Shown here: positions 9,209 through 17,691 of the stretch, piece by piece
How positions within the stretch are numbered: position 1 is the stretch's first letter
Layout of the letters: every line of letters begins with the position of its first letter
Assembly: GCF_000406145.1 (NCBI RefSeq)
Contig: NZ_CM001976.1
Coordinates: 597,260 to 629,259, forward strand
From: Dickeya dadantii NCPPB 898
GTDB lineage: Bacteria > Pseudomonadota > Gammaproteobacteria > Enterobacterales > Enterobacteriaceae
Direction: 5' to 3'
Length of the DNA: 32,000 nucleotides
Notes under the pieces: generated by a model
Seen by the model: only the letters and a program-made list of their open reading frames with translations
The model's database searches: none
Told to the model about the DNA's origin: nothing
Program-made: the position numbers and the translations under genes

Positions 9209-10156
9209 ATGGCCTATCCAACTACGGGTACATCCGGTATGGTCGGTTTTGCAAAATCGGGTAGCACCACCGGCGGCACAGGCGGCACCGTTGTGTCTAT
9301 TACCAGTCTGAGCGACCTGAAAACCCATGTGGCGGGAACGGATACGAAAATTCTGGTGATTAACGCTAATATCAGCGCCAGCGCATTAACCAAGGTAACG
9401 CTGGGGGCGAATAAATCGATTATTGGCTCTTATAGCAGTAATACGCTGACTAATATTCATTTTCGTAGTTCATCGAGTTCGAAAAATATTATTTTTCAGA
9501 ACCTGACCTTCAAGCATACCAGCACTATTAACGGTAATGACGATATTCAGATTTACCTCACGCACGGCAATAAATACTGGCTGGATCACCTCACGTTCCC
9601 CGGCCATGATTATACGCTGACCGACGGCGGGCTGGATAAACTGATTTATATCGGGGAAAAAGCCGATTACGTCACCATCAGCAACTGCCTGTTCAAAAAC
9701 CATGAATACGGTTTGATCCTTGGTTATCCGCAGGACGGCAGCAGTAATGGCTCCACCTACGACGGTTACCCGCACCTGACTATTTGCCACTGCTATTTCA
9801 GCAATATTTACGTGCGCGCGCCGGGACTGATGCGTTATGGCTATTACCACGCCTATAACAACTTCATCGACAAGTATCAGCTGGGTTTTACGCTGGCGCA
9901 GAACGCCAAGATTGTGTCCGAGTATAACTATTTCGGCACCACCACCAGCAGTAACAAAGGGATGCTGGACGACAAAGGGACCGGGACCTTTACCGATACC
10001 GGCAGTACGCCGTCCATTACCAACCAAACCTCGTCGGCCAGCAAGTGGACGCCGTCTTCCAATTACAGCTACAAGCTGAAGACGGTTTCTGAAGCTAAAA
10101 CCTTTACCCAGAATTATGCCGGTGCGCAAAGCGCCAGCCTGACTTTCGGCGGGTAA
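9209..10156 (+). CDS. pnl: pectin lyase, polysaccharide lyase family 1, no signal peptide
   Basis: Start taken at ATG 9209 (AGGAG 8 nt upstream), giving 315 aa starting MAYPTT. PL1 hallmarks are present: WLDHLTF (vWiDH) and VRAPGLMRYG (RxPxxR). Length, the leaderless N-terminus and overall sequence match my recollection of Pectobacterium PnlA (~314 aa). Confidence 0.8.
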   Translation: MAYPTTGTSGMVGFAKSGSTTGGTGGTVVSITSLSDLKTHVAGTDTKILVINANISASALTKVTLGANKSIIGSYSSNTLTNIHFRSSSSSKNIIFQNLTFKHTSTINGNDDIQIYLTHGNKYWLDHLTFPGHDYTLTDGGLDKLIYIGEKADYVTISNCLFKNHEYGLILGYPQDGSSNGSTYDGYPHLTICHCYFSNIYVRAPGLMRYGYYHAYNNFIDKYQLGFTLAQNAKIVSEYNYFGTTTSSNKGMLDDKGTGTFTDTGSTPSITNQTSSASKWTPSSNYSYKLKTVSEAKTFTQNYAGAQSASLTFGG

Positions 10157-10159
10157 ATT

Positions 10160-10183
10160 ATCCGAACGGGCTGGCGACAGCCC
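10160..10183 (+). repeat. 24-bp direct repeat, copy A (contains hairpin GGGCTG-GCGA-CAGCCC; proximal pnl terminator-like)
   Basis: ATCCGAACGGGCTGGCGACAGCCC is identical to 10532-10555. It starts 4 nt after the pnl stop and is followed by only TTT. Confidence 0.9.
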
Positions 10184-10349
10184 TTTGAGGCTGTTTACAA
10201 ACAGCTATGTTGTCTTGTGAACGGTGACGTTTGTCCGGTCAGTGAATAGTTTCGTGCGGGATAAGCGGTGTAATTTCTTTGCCGCTCCATTGCACGCACG
10301 ACAAGAAGAGGTTCAAACGCCACCTCTCCTTGACCGCTGGCTGGTGGCT

Positions 10350-10486
10350 AAACTGCGGCGCTGCGCGCTACCTTCGGCGTTCGCCTTCGCTGTTCGGGCC
10401 GCCCGTGACGTGTTCCCAACACGACACGGGCTTTCGCGACGTCCTGTCGCTCACCCGGCGAAGTCGCTCACCTCAGCGCAGTTTTT
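10350..10486. repeat. imperfect palindromic (MITE/ERIC-like) non-coding element
   Basis: Ends AAACTGCGGCGCTG and CAGCGCAGTTT are complementary. The central hairpin GCCCGTGACGTGTT-CCC-AACACGACACGGGC (10401-10431) pairs 13/14. Internal arms pair only partially. Confidence 0.5.
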
Positions 10487-10531
10487 GACGCCGGAAAAAT
10501 GTTTCATCTTGTACTTAGGGTTTTGTCAGCA

Positions 10532-10555
10532 ATCCGAACGGGCTGGCGACAGCCC
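10532..10555 (+). repeat. 24-bp direct repeat, copy B
   Basis: Identical to 10160-10183. Here the hairpin is followed by GTTTTT. Confidence 0.9.
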
Positions 10556-10561
10556 GTTTTT
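10540..10561 (+). terminator. intrinsic terminator (hairpin of repeat copy B plus T-run)
   Basis: GGGCTG-GCGA-CAGCCC followed by GTTTTT. Confidence 0.6.
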
Positions 10562-10572
10562 ACCCATTACCA

Positions 10573-10617
10573 GATAGCTCAATGCCGGATAGCTCAATGT
10601 CTGATTGCTCAACCCTT
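10573..10617 (+). repeat. three tandem 15-bp repeats upstream of uhpA
   Basis: GATAGCTCAATGCCG / GATAGCTCAATGTCT / GATTGCTCAACCCTT, ending 57 bp before the uhpA ATG. Confidence 0.7.
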
Positions 10618-10674
10618 GAACACGCCGGGGCTTAACGCTAAGGTAAGCGCCTCTCAGCCACCCCAGGTTCATGC

Positions 10675-11265
10675 ATGATTACCCTCGCGCTCATCGACGA
10701 TCACCTTATTGTCCGTTCCGGCTTTGCCCAACTGCTGGGGCTTGAATCCGATATGCAGGTGGTGGGGGAATTCGGTTCCGGGCGTGAGGCGCTGGCGGGG
10801 CTGCCGGGGCGAGGCGTGCAGGTTTGCATCTGCGATATCTCGATGCCGGAGCTTTCCGGGCTTGAGCTGCTCGCCCAACTGCCGACAGGTATGGCGGTGA
10901 TTATGCTGTCGGTGCACGACAGCCCGGCGCTGATCGAACAGGCGCTGAACGCCGGGGCACGTGGTTTTCTCTCAAAACGCTGTAGCCCGGATGAACTGAT
11001 TGCGGCGGTGCGTACCGTCGCGGGCGGTGGCTGTTATCTGACGCCGGACATTGCCCTGAAACTGGCGTCAGGCCGACGAGACCCGTTGACGCGCCGTGAG
11101 CGTCAGGTGGCGGAAAAGCTGGCGCAGGGAATGGTGGTGAAAACCATCGCCGCCGAATTGGGGCTGTCGCCGAAAACGGTACACGTTCACCGGGCCAACC
11201 TGATGGAAAAACTGGGCGTCAATAACGACGTGGAGTTGGCACGCCGCATGTTTGATGGCTGGTGA
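10675..11265 (+). CDS. uhpA: response regulator UhpA (NarL/FixJ family)
   Basis: 196 aa, nearly identical in long stretches to recalled E. coli UhpA ([24 protein letters not shown]..., ...[11 protein letters not shown]). Confidence 0.95.
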   Translation: MITLALIDDHLIVRSGFAQLLGLESDMQVVGEFGSGREALAGLPGRGVQVCICDISMPELSGLELLAQLPTGMAVIMLSVHDSPALIEQALNAGARGFLSKRCSPDELIAAVRTVAGGGCYLTPDIALKLASGRRDPLTRRERQVAEKLAQGMVVKTIAAELGLSPKTVHVHRANLMEKLGVNNDVELARRMFDGW

Positions 11266-12776
11266 TGCGCCCGATTGCGACCTGGCTTATCGCCGCCTTC
11301 GCCAGCTGTTTTATCTTCTCCGCCGCGTGGTTTTGCCTGTGGAGCATCAGCCTGCACCTGGTGACGCGCCCGGATCTGGCCGCGCTGCTGTTTCCTTTCG
11401 GTTTACGGCTGGGGTTGATGCTACAGTCGCCGCGTCGTTTCTGGCCGGTGTTGCTGGGCAGCGAATGGCTGCTTCTGGTCTGGCTGGCGCAGGAAGTGGC
11501 GCTGGCGAATTTGCCGCTGCTGCTAACGGGCAGCGTGCTGGCGTTGCTGCCGGTAATGCTGGTGTCCCGGCGGCCGCGTCAGGATGACTGGCACACGCTG
11601 CTGTTGCAGGGCGGTGCGCTGATTGCGGCGGCGCTGCTGCAATCCCTGCCGTGGCTCGGCCGCGGCGAAGATACGCTTACGGTGCTGCTGCTGACCCTGA
11701 CCGGTGGACTGACGCTCTCGCCCACCTGTTTGCTGATCTGGCATTACCTGTCCAGCTCGACCTGGTTACCGCTCGGGCCGTCGCTGGTTTCCCAGCCGGT
11801 GAACTGGCGCGGGCGCCATCTGCTGTGGTATCTGCTGCTGTTTGTGGTCAGCCTGTGGCTGCAACTGGGGCTGCCGGCGGAGCTGTCGCGGTTTACCCCG
11901 TTCTGTCTGGCGCTGCCGATCATCGCGCTCGCCTGGCACTATGGCTGGCAGGGCGCGCTGATCGCCACGCTGATGAACGCCATTGCGCTCATCGCCAGCC
12001 AGACCTGGCATGAACATCCGGTGGATCTACTACTCTCGCTGTTGGCTCAGAGCCTGACCGGGTTGCTGCTCGGCGCGGGTATTCAGCGCCTGCGCGAACT
12101 TAACCTGTCGCTGCAAAACCAACTGGCGCGTAATCGCCGTCTGGCGGAGCGGCTGCTGGAGACGGAAGAAGACGTGCGGCGCGACGTGGCGCGGGAGCTG
12201 CACGACGATATCGGCCAGACCATCACCGCCATTCGCACGCAGGCGAGTATTCTTCAGCGGCTGGCGCCGGAGCACCGTGGCGTGCGGCAGAGCGGGGCGC
12301 TCATCGAGCAGTTATCGCTCGGGGTGTATGATTCGGTGCGCCGGTTGATGGGCCGTCTGCGCCCGCGTCAGTTGGACGATCTCACTCTGGAGCAGGCGGT
12401 GCGTTCGTTGATGCGCGAGATGGAGCTGGAAGCGCACGGTATCGTCAGCCATCTGGCCTGGCACATTGACGAAGCGTCGCTCAGCGAAGGATTACGGGTA
12501 ACGCTGTTTCGCGTTTGTCAGGAAGGGCTGAATAATATTGTGAAACACGCCAACGCCAGCGCAGTGACGTTGCAGGTCTGGCAACAGCACGAGCGGCTGA
12601 CGCTGGTGATCGAGGACGACGGCGGCGGGCTACCGCCTGGCTCCGGCGCCGAAGGTTTTGGCCTGCTCGGCATGCGCGAGCGCGTCACCGCGCTGGGCGG
12701 CACCCTGCAGCTTTCCTGTACTCACGGCACCCGTTTAACCGTCAGCCTGCCGCTGCCCGCCGGCAAGGAGTCTTGA
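11265..12776 (+). CDS. uhpB: sensor histidine kinase UhpB
   Basis: ATG overlaps the uhpA stop (TGATG). About 503 aa with multiple N-terminal TM segments, the H-box ELHDDIGQ and an ATPase domain. Colinear with E. coli UhpB. Confidence 0.93.
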   Translation: MRPIATWLIAAFASCFIFSAAWFCLWSISLHLVTRPDLAALLFPFGLRLGLMLQSPRRFWPVLLGSEWLLLVWLAQEVALANLPLLLTGSVLALLPVMLVSRRPRQDDWHTLLLQGGALIAAALLQSLPWLGRGEDTLTVLLLTLTGGLTLSPTCLLIWHYLSSSTWLPLGPSLVSQPVNWRGRHLLWYLLLFVVSLWLQLGLPAELSRFTPFCLALPIIALAWHYGWQGALIATLMNAIALIASQTWHEHPVDLLLSLLAQSLTGLLLGAGIQRLRELNLSLQNQLARNRRLAERLLETEEDVRRDVARELHDDIGQTITAIRTQASILQRLAPEHRGVRQSGALIEQLSLGVYDSVRRLMGRLRPRQLDDLTLEQAVRSLMREMELEAHGIVSHLAWHIDEASLSEGLRVTLFRVCQEGLNNIVKHANASAVTLQVWQQHERLTLVIEDDGGGLPPGSGAEGFGLLGMRERVTALGGTLQLSCTHGTRLTVSLPLPAGKES

Positions 12777-14122
12777 TGTCCAGCTTCCCTAACATTCGTT
12801 TCCTGACCATTCCCGCCAGCGCGCCGCCGCTGGCCGACCGCCAGGCGATTGATGAAACCTACCGTTACTGGCGTCGGCATATCCTGATTACGCTGTATCT
12901 GGGTTATGCGCTGTTTTACTTCACCCGCAAAAGTTTTAACGCCGCGGTGCCGGAAATTCTCGCCAGCGGGTTGATGGCGCGTACCGATATCGGGCTGCTG
13001 GCGACGCTGTTTTACGTGACCTATGGCGCGTCGAAATTTCTCTCCGGCATCGTGAGCGACCGTTCCAACGCCCGTTATTTCATGGGCATCGGCCTGCTGG
13101 CGACCGGCGTGGTGAATATTCTGTTTGGATTTTCCTCGTCGCTGTGGGCCTTCGCCGCGTTGTGGATGGCGAACGCCTTTTTTCAGGGCTGGGGTGCGCC
13201 GGTGTGCGCCAGGCTGCTTACCAGCTGGTATTCGCGCACCGAGCGCGGCGGCTGGTGGGCGCTGTGGAATACCGCGCATAACGTGGGTGGCGCGCTGATC
13301 CCGATGGTGGTGGGGGCGGCGGCGCTGCATTACGGCTGGCGCGCCGGGATGATGATCGCCGGTTCGCTGGCTATTCTGGCCGGGCTGTTTTTATGCTGGC
13401 GGCTGCGCGACAAGCCGCAGACTCTTGGCCTGCCGAGTGTGGGCGAGTGGCGTCAGGATGCGCTGGAGATTGCCCAGCAGCAGGAGGGCGCCGGGTTGTC
13501 GCGCCGGGAAATCCTGCATAAATATGTGTTCACCAACCCGTACATCTGGCTGCTGGCCTGTTGCTATGTGCTGGTGTACGTGGTGCGCGCCGCCATTAAC
13601 GACTGGGGCAACCTCTACATGTCGGAAACGCTGGGGGTCGATCTGGTGACCGCCAACTCGGCGGTGACCATGTTTGAACTGGGCGGATTTATCGGCGCGC
13701 TGGTGGCCGGCTGGGGGTCGGACAAGCTGTTTAACGGTAACCGTGGCCCGATGAACCTGATTTTTGCCGCCGGCATTTTGCTGTCTGTCGGTTCGCTGTG
13801 GCTGATGCCGTTCGCCAGCTATGTGATGCAGGCCGCCTGCTTCTTTACTACCGGTTTCTTCGTCTTCGGCCCGCAAATGCTGATTGGCATGGCGGCGGCC
13901 GAATGTTCCCATAAAGACGCCGCCGGTGCCGCCACCGGGTTTGTGGGGCTGTTCGCCTATCTTGGCGCGTCGCTGTCCGGCTGGCCGCTGGCGCGCATCA
14001 TGGATGTGTGGCACTGGAGCGGTTTTTTCGCGGTGATCGCCGTGGCGGCCGGTATCTCGGCGCTGCTGCTGTTGCCTTTCCTGCGCGCTTCCTCGCCGCG
14101 CGCTGCAAGCGATGTAGCGTGA
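12776..14122 (+). CDS. uhpC: MFS-type glucose-6-phosphate receptor UhpC
   Basis: ATG overlaps the uhpB stop, with AAGGAG 5 nt upstream. 448 aa, highly similar to recalled E. coli UhpC (YRYWRRHIL..., DRSNARYFMGIGL...). Confidence 0.93.
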   Translation: MSSFPNIRFLTIPASAPPLADRQAIDETYRYWRRHILITLYLGYALFYFTRKSFNAAVPEILASGLMARTDIGLLATLFYVTYGASKFLSGIVSDRSNARYFMGIGLLATGVVNILFGFSSSLWAFAALWMANAFFQGWGAPVCARLLTSWYSRTERGGWWALWNTAHNVGGALIPMVVGAAALHYGWRAGMMIAGSLAILAGLFLCWRLRDKPQTLGLPSVGEWRQDALEIAQQQEGAGLSRREILHKYVFTNPYIWLLACCYVLVYVVRAAINDWGNLYMSETLGVDLVTANSAVTMFELGGFIGALVAGWGSDKLFNGNRGPMNLIFAAGILLSVGSLWLMPFASYVMQAACFFTTGFFVFGPQMLIGMAAAECSHKDAAGAATGFVGLFAYLGASLSGWPLARIMDVWHWSGFFAVIAVAAGISALLLLPFLRASSPRAASDVA

Positions 14123-14133
14123 TTCGCTTCACC
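14118..14133. promoter_or_regulatory. candidate CRP site of the uhpT promoter
   Basis: CGTGA-TTCGCT-TCACC matches TGTGA-N6-TCACA at 8/10. Its centre is about 103 bp upstream of the predicted uhpT start, the position reported for the E. coli uhpT CAP site. Confidence 0.45.
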
Positions 14134-14153
14134 CTTTTGCCCTGAATCGGCGA

Positions 14154-14176
14154 AAACCGGGAAAATTTCCTAGTTT
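14154..14176. promoter_or_regulatory. candidate UhpA-binding inverted repeat
   Basis: AAACCGGGAAA-A-TTTCCTAGTTT has arms matching 9/11. It is centred about 64 bp upstream of the predicted start, where the strong UhpA site lies in E. coli. Confidence 0.5.
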
Positions 14177-14216
14177 AAGCAGGACGTTCCCTCAGGCCCG
14201 TCTCTTCGGCGCTGCT

Positions 14217-14222
14217 TACAAT
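14217..14222 (+). promoter_or_regulatory. candidate -10 hexamer of the uhpT promoter
   Basis: TACAAT. No good -35 is present, as expected for an activator-dependent promoter. Confidence 0.4.
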
Positions 14223-14223
14223 T

Positions 14224-14281
14224 CGAGCAAACATAAGGCCGCGCGAGCAAACAAGGCCGCGCGAGCAAACATAAGGCCGCA
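14224..14281 (+). repeat. three tandem 18-20-bp repeats in the predicted uhpT 5' UTR
   Basis: CGAGCAAACATAAGGCCGCG / CGAGCAAACAAGGCCGCG / CGAGCAAACATAAGGCCGCA, read directly from the sequence. Confidence 0.9.
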
Positions 14282-14310
14282 GGCCGTCACGTCCCGCAAG
14301 AGGAAACATC

Positions 14311-15702
14311 ATGCTCAACTTTCTAACCCAGGTGCGTAAGCCAACGCTGGATCTGCCGCTCGATGCGCGGCGTAAAATGTGGTTCAAGCCGTTCATGCAA
14401 TCTTATCTGGTGGTGTTCATCGGCTACCTGACCATGTACTTGATCCGTAAAAACTTCAACATCGCCCAGAACGACATGATCGGCACCTACGGGTTGAGCA
14501 TGACGCAGCTCGGCATGATTGGCCTTGGTTTTTCGATAACCTACGGCGTGGGGAAAACGCTGGTGTCCTATTATGCGGACGGCAAAAACACCAAACAGTT
14601 CCTGCCGTTTATGCTGATCCTCTCCGCCATTTGCATGCTCGGCTTCAGCGCCAGCATGGGCGCGGGTTCCGTCAGCCTGTTTTTGATGATCGCGTTTTAT
14701 GCGTTGAGCGGATTTTTCCAGAGCACCGGCGGGTCATGCAGCTATTCCACCATCACGAAATGGACGCCGCGCCGCAAACGCGGCACCTGGCTGGGACTGT
14801 GGAACATTTCCCATAACCTCGGCGGCGCGGGCGCGGCGGGCGTGGCGCTATTCGGCGCCAACTACCTGTTTGACGGCCATGTCGTCGGGATGTTTATCTT
14901 CCCGTCGATCATCGCGCTGATTGTCGGTTTCATCGGCCTGCGTTTCGGCAGCGACTCCCCGGAAGCCTACGGTCTGGGGAAAGCCGAAGAGCTGTTCGAC
15001 GAGGCGATCTCGGAAGAGGACAAGGAGGCGGAAGACGGCGCCATGACCAAATGGCAGATCTTCGTCGAGTATGTGCTGAAGAATAAAGTGATCTGGCTGC
15101 TGTGTTTCTCCAACATCTTCCTGTACGTGGTGCGCATCGGTATCGACCAGTGGTCCACGGTTTACGCCTATCAGGAATTGAAGCTGCCGAAAGCGGTGGC
15201 GATTCAGGGCTTCACGTTGTTTGAGGCCGGCGCGCTGGTCGGTACGCTGCTGTGGGGCTGGCTGTCGGATCTCGCTAACGGTCGTCGCGGGCTGGTGGCT
15301 TGTATCGCGCTGGCGTTGATCATCGCCACGCTTGGCGTTTATCAGCACGCCAGCAACCAGTATGTCTATCTTTCGTCGCTGTTTGCGCTGGGCTTTTTAG
15401 TGTTCGGCCCGCAGTTGCTGATTGGCGTGGCCGCCGTCGGTTTTGTGCCGAAGAAAGCCATCAGCGCCGCCGACGGCATCAAAGGAACGTTCGCCTATCT
15501 GATTGGCGACAGCTTCGCCAAGCTGGGGCTGGGGATGATCGCCGACGGCACCCCGATTTTCGGGTTGACCGGTTGGGCGGGCACCTTTGCCGCGCTGGAT
15601 GCCGCCGCGATCGGTTGTATCTGCCTGATGGCGATGGTGGCGATGATGGAAGAGCGCAAAATCCGCCGCGAAAAACGCCTGCGCCAGACGCAAGCTGCCT
15701 GA
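14311..15702 (+). CDS. uhpT: hexose-6-phosphate:phosphate antiporter UhpT
   Basis: 463 aa, the same length as E. coli UhpT and very similar to it ([36 protein letters not shown] in E. coli). RBS AGAGGAAA. Confidence 0.95.
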   Translation: MLNFLTQVRKPTLDLPLDARRKMWFKPFMQSYLVVFIGYLTMYLIRKNFNIAQNDMIGTYGLSMTQLGMIGLGFSITYGVGKTLVSYYADGKNTKQFLPFMLILSAICMLGFSASMGAGSVSLFLMIAFYALSGFFQSTGGSCSYSTITKWTPRRKRGTWLGLWNISHNLGGAGAAGVALFGANYLFDGHVVGMFIFPSIIALIVGFIGLRFGSDSPEAYGLGKAEELFDEAISEEDKEAEDGAMTKWQIFVEYVLKNKVIWLLCFSNIFLYVVRIGIDQWSTVYAYQELKLPKAVAIQGFTLFEAGALVGTLLWGWLSDLANGRRGLVACIALALIIATLGVYQHASNQYVYLSSLFALGFLVFGPQLLIGVAAVGFVPKKAISAADGIKGTFAYLIGDSFAKLGLGMIADGTPIFGLTGWAGTFAALDAAAIGCICLMAMVAMMEERKIRREKRLRQTQAA

Positions 15703-15710
15703 TGGCTCCT

Positions 15711-15734
15711 GCCGCCGGCGAGGTTGCCGGCGGC
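15711..15734 (+). terminator. GC hairpin downstream of uhpT
   Basis: GCCGCCGGC-GAGGTT-GCCGGCGGC is a perfect 9-bp stem with no clear T-run after it. Confidence 0.35.
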
Positions 15735-15791
15735 GGTTGAGGATCGCTATTATTCCTCTTTCGCCTGAACGGCCTCTTACGGAATATTTCC

Positions 15792-15809
15792 GCTTTCTCC
15801 ACAATTGGC
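15792..15809 (+). promoter_or_regulatory. BaeR-box-like sequence upstream of spy
   Basis: GCTTTCTCCACAATTGGC compared with the recalled BaeR consensus TTTTTCTCCATDATTGGC matches 15/18. It lies about 137 bp upstream of the spy ATG. Confidence 0.45.
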
Positions 15810-15945
15810 GCAATTGTGAATATCTCCCTTGCAAAGCTTTACCCTAGCCCCCGGTTAACTGAAATTCCCCGGCCTATACTGCATCGCAAAGGTTGACGCA
15901 TTCCGGTGCGTTAATAATTAAAACCGTAACGTGAAGGAAGGTCTT

Positions 15946-16422
15946 ATGTCTAAATTAACTGCGATTGTGATTGCCTCTGCGCTGGCGCTGGGTAGCGTCG
16001 GCTTCTCCTACGCTCAGGATAATACCCCGCCGGATCAGGGCGCGCATATGATGAAACATCATGACGGCGAGCGTGGTGAGCGCGGCATGGAACATGACAT
16101 GATGTTTAAAGGGCTGAATCTGACCGATGAGCAGCGTCAGAAAATGCGCGACATCATGGAGAACGCCAAAAAGGACCGCGAACGGCCTTCGGCTGAGACG
16201 CGTACTGAATGGCACAGCCTGATTGCGGCCGACAGCTTTGATAAAACCAAGGCGGAAGGCGTAGTCAATAAAATGGCCGAAGCCGGCAAAGCGCATATGC
16301 TGAAACGTCTGGAAATCCAGAACAAGATGTACAACGTGTTGACGCCGGAACAGAAAAAACAGTTCAACGACAACTTCGCCAAACACCAGAAAGAGCCGGT
16401 GCCGCCGAAAGCAGCGCAATAA
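15946..16422 (+). CDS. spy: periplasmic ATP-independent chaperone Spy (CpxP/Spy family)
   Basis: Start at ATG 15946 (GAAGGAAGG RBS), 158 aa. Signal peptide MSKLTAIVIASALALGSVGFSYA. Two LTxEQ motifs (LNLTDEQRQKM, LTPEQKKQF) as in E. coli Spy. Confidence 0.85.
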   Translation: MSKLTAIVIASALALGSVGFSYAQDNTPPDQGAHMMKHHDGERGERGMEHDMMFKGLNLTDEQRQKMRDIMENAKKDRERPSAETRTEWHSLIAADSFDKTKAEGVVNKMAEAGKAHMLKRLEIQNKMYNVLTPEQKKQFNDNFAKHQKEPVPPKAAQ

Positions 16423-16440
16423 ATCCTGGCCTGATATCAA

Positions 16441-16470
16441 CAGGGCGCGTCAACTGACGCGCCCTGTTTT
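16441..16470 (+). terminator. intrinsic terminator after spy
   Basis: CAGGGCGCGTCA / TGACGCGCCCTG form a near-perfect palindrome followed by TTTT. Confidence 0.7.
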
Positions 16471-16605
16471 CGTTGCCTGCCGGGAAATACATCACTTTTG
16501 GCGGAATCTCTTGCGTTCAGACAGGTTTTTTCCCATCAGCACTTTTCAATCGCCCACTCTTGCTCTATCAATAGCGCGTCAATTGTGATTCATGGAGTGC
16601 GGCTC

Positions 16606-17655
16606 ATGGCGTCTTTCGCCCTCAAATCTGTCCTTTTTCTCGGTTTCATCAGCGTACTGAGCGCCTGTAAGCAAGAAACGACAGTGGACGTTTCTCGCCC
16701 GTTTACCACGTTTGAAGGCAAAACCATGGGCACCTTCTACAGCGTGAAGATCAGCGGGGCGTTGCCGGAAACAAGTCAGCAATTACAGCAGGAGATCGAT
16801 GCCTTGCTGGAGCAGGCCAACAACGAGATTTCCACCTATCGTAACGACTCGGTGTTGTCCCGCTTTAACCGCGACACCGGCACGGACCCGCAGCCGATCA
16901 GCAATGGCATGGCGGATATCATTCTGGCCGCGCAGCGTATCGGCCGGGCGACGGGCGGGGCGATGGATATCACCGTGGGGCCGCTGGTCAACCTGTGGGG
17001 ATTTGGGCCGCAGAAGCAGCCGGTAGCGATTCCCAGCCAGCAGCAGATTGATGAGGCGCGGCGTAAAGTCGGGCTGAACCATCTTCGCCTAATCAGCGAT
17101 CATCAGGGCGAATGGTTGCAGAAAGATCTTCCGGGCCTGTATGTGGATCTCTCCACGCTGGGTGAGGGGTACGGCGCGGACCTGTTGGCGCAACTGATGA
17201 CCCGCAAAGGTATCACCAACTATCTGGTTTCGGTGGGCGGCGCGATTTCCAGTCGCGGCGTCAACGGGCAGGGGCAGCCCTGGCGGGTGGCGATTCAAAA
17301 ACCCACCGACAAGGAGAACGCCATTCAGGCAGCCGTCGATCTGCAAGGCTACGGTATCAGTACCTCCGGCAGCTATCGCAACTATTTCGAGCAAGACGGC
17401 AAACGCTATTCCCATGTCATTGACCCGGCCACCGGCCGGCCGATTACGCATCAGTTGGTTTCCGCCACCGTGATTGCCAGAACCGCGCTGGAGGCGGACG
17501 GCTGGGACACCGGGCTGATGGTGCTGGGCACCGAAAAGGCGTTGAAACTGGCGGAGCAGCAGGGCTTGGCGGTCTATTTAATTACCAAAACCGATAAGGG
17601 ATTCGAGGCGATGATGACGCCGCAGTTCAAAGCGTTTCTGTTGCCGACGCCGTAA
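16606..17655 (+). CDS. apbE: FAD:protein FMN transferase ApbE/Ftp, lipoprotein (periplasmic)
   Basis: Start at ATG 16606 (GGAG 8 nt upstream), 349 aa versus 351 aa in E. coli. Lipobox LSAC after a hydrophobic leader. ApbE motifs MGTFYSV and SHVIDPATGRP. Confidence 0.9.
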   Translation: MASFALKSVLFLGFISVLSACKQETTVDVSRPFTTFEGKTMGTFYSVKISGALPETSQQLQQEIDALLEQANNEISTYRNDSVLSRFNRDTGTDPQPISNGMADIILAAQRIGRATGGAMDITVGPLVNLWGFGPQKQPVAIPSQQQIDEARRKVGLNHLRLISDHQGEWLQKDLPGLYVDLSTLGEGYGADLLAQLMTRKGITNYLVSVGGAISSRGVNGQGQPWRVAIQKPTDKENAIQAAVDLQGYGISTSGSYRNYFEQDGKRYSHVIDPATGRPITHQLVSATVIARTALEADGWDTGLMVLGTEKALKLAEQQGLAVYLITKTDKGFEAMMTPQFKAFLLPTP

Positions 17656-17691
17656 TACTTGTCGATAGGCGCGCGTTGAAAGACCGGTAAA

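Noticed and set aside
10296-10350. tRNA-like fragment (GGTTCAAAC ... TGGTGGC) that might mark an att site related to ileX
   Set aside because: The GGTTCAAAC word does not sit in a foldable T-arm (AGAGG/CCTCT would enclose an 11-nt loop). TGGTGGC is in the opposite orientation, and there is no extended match to the ileX 3' end.
10224-10577. 117-aa ORF (and the 69-aa ORF at 10279-10488) between pnl and uhpA
   Set aside because: It runs through the palindromic repeat element and both copies of the 24-bp repeat. It starts with a GTG and has no RBS, and the translation is low-complexity. This is typical repeat-derived pseudo-ORF behaviour.
14224-14281. Possible mini-CRISPR or other repeat-spacer array
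   Set aside because: The units are directly abutting 18-20-mers with no spacers, there are only three copies, and no cas genes are nearby. It is a simple tandem repeat.
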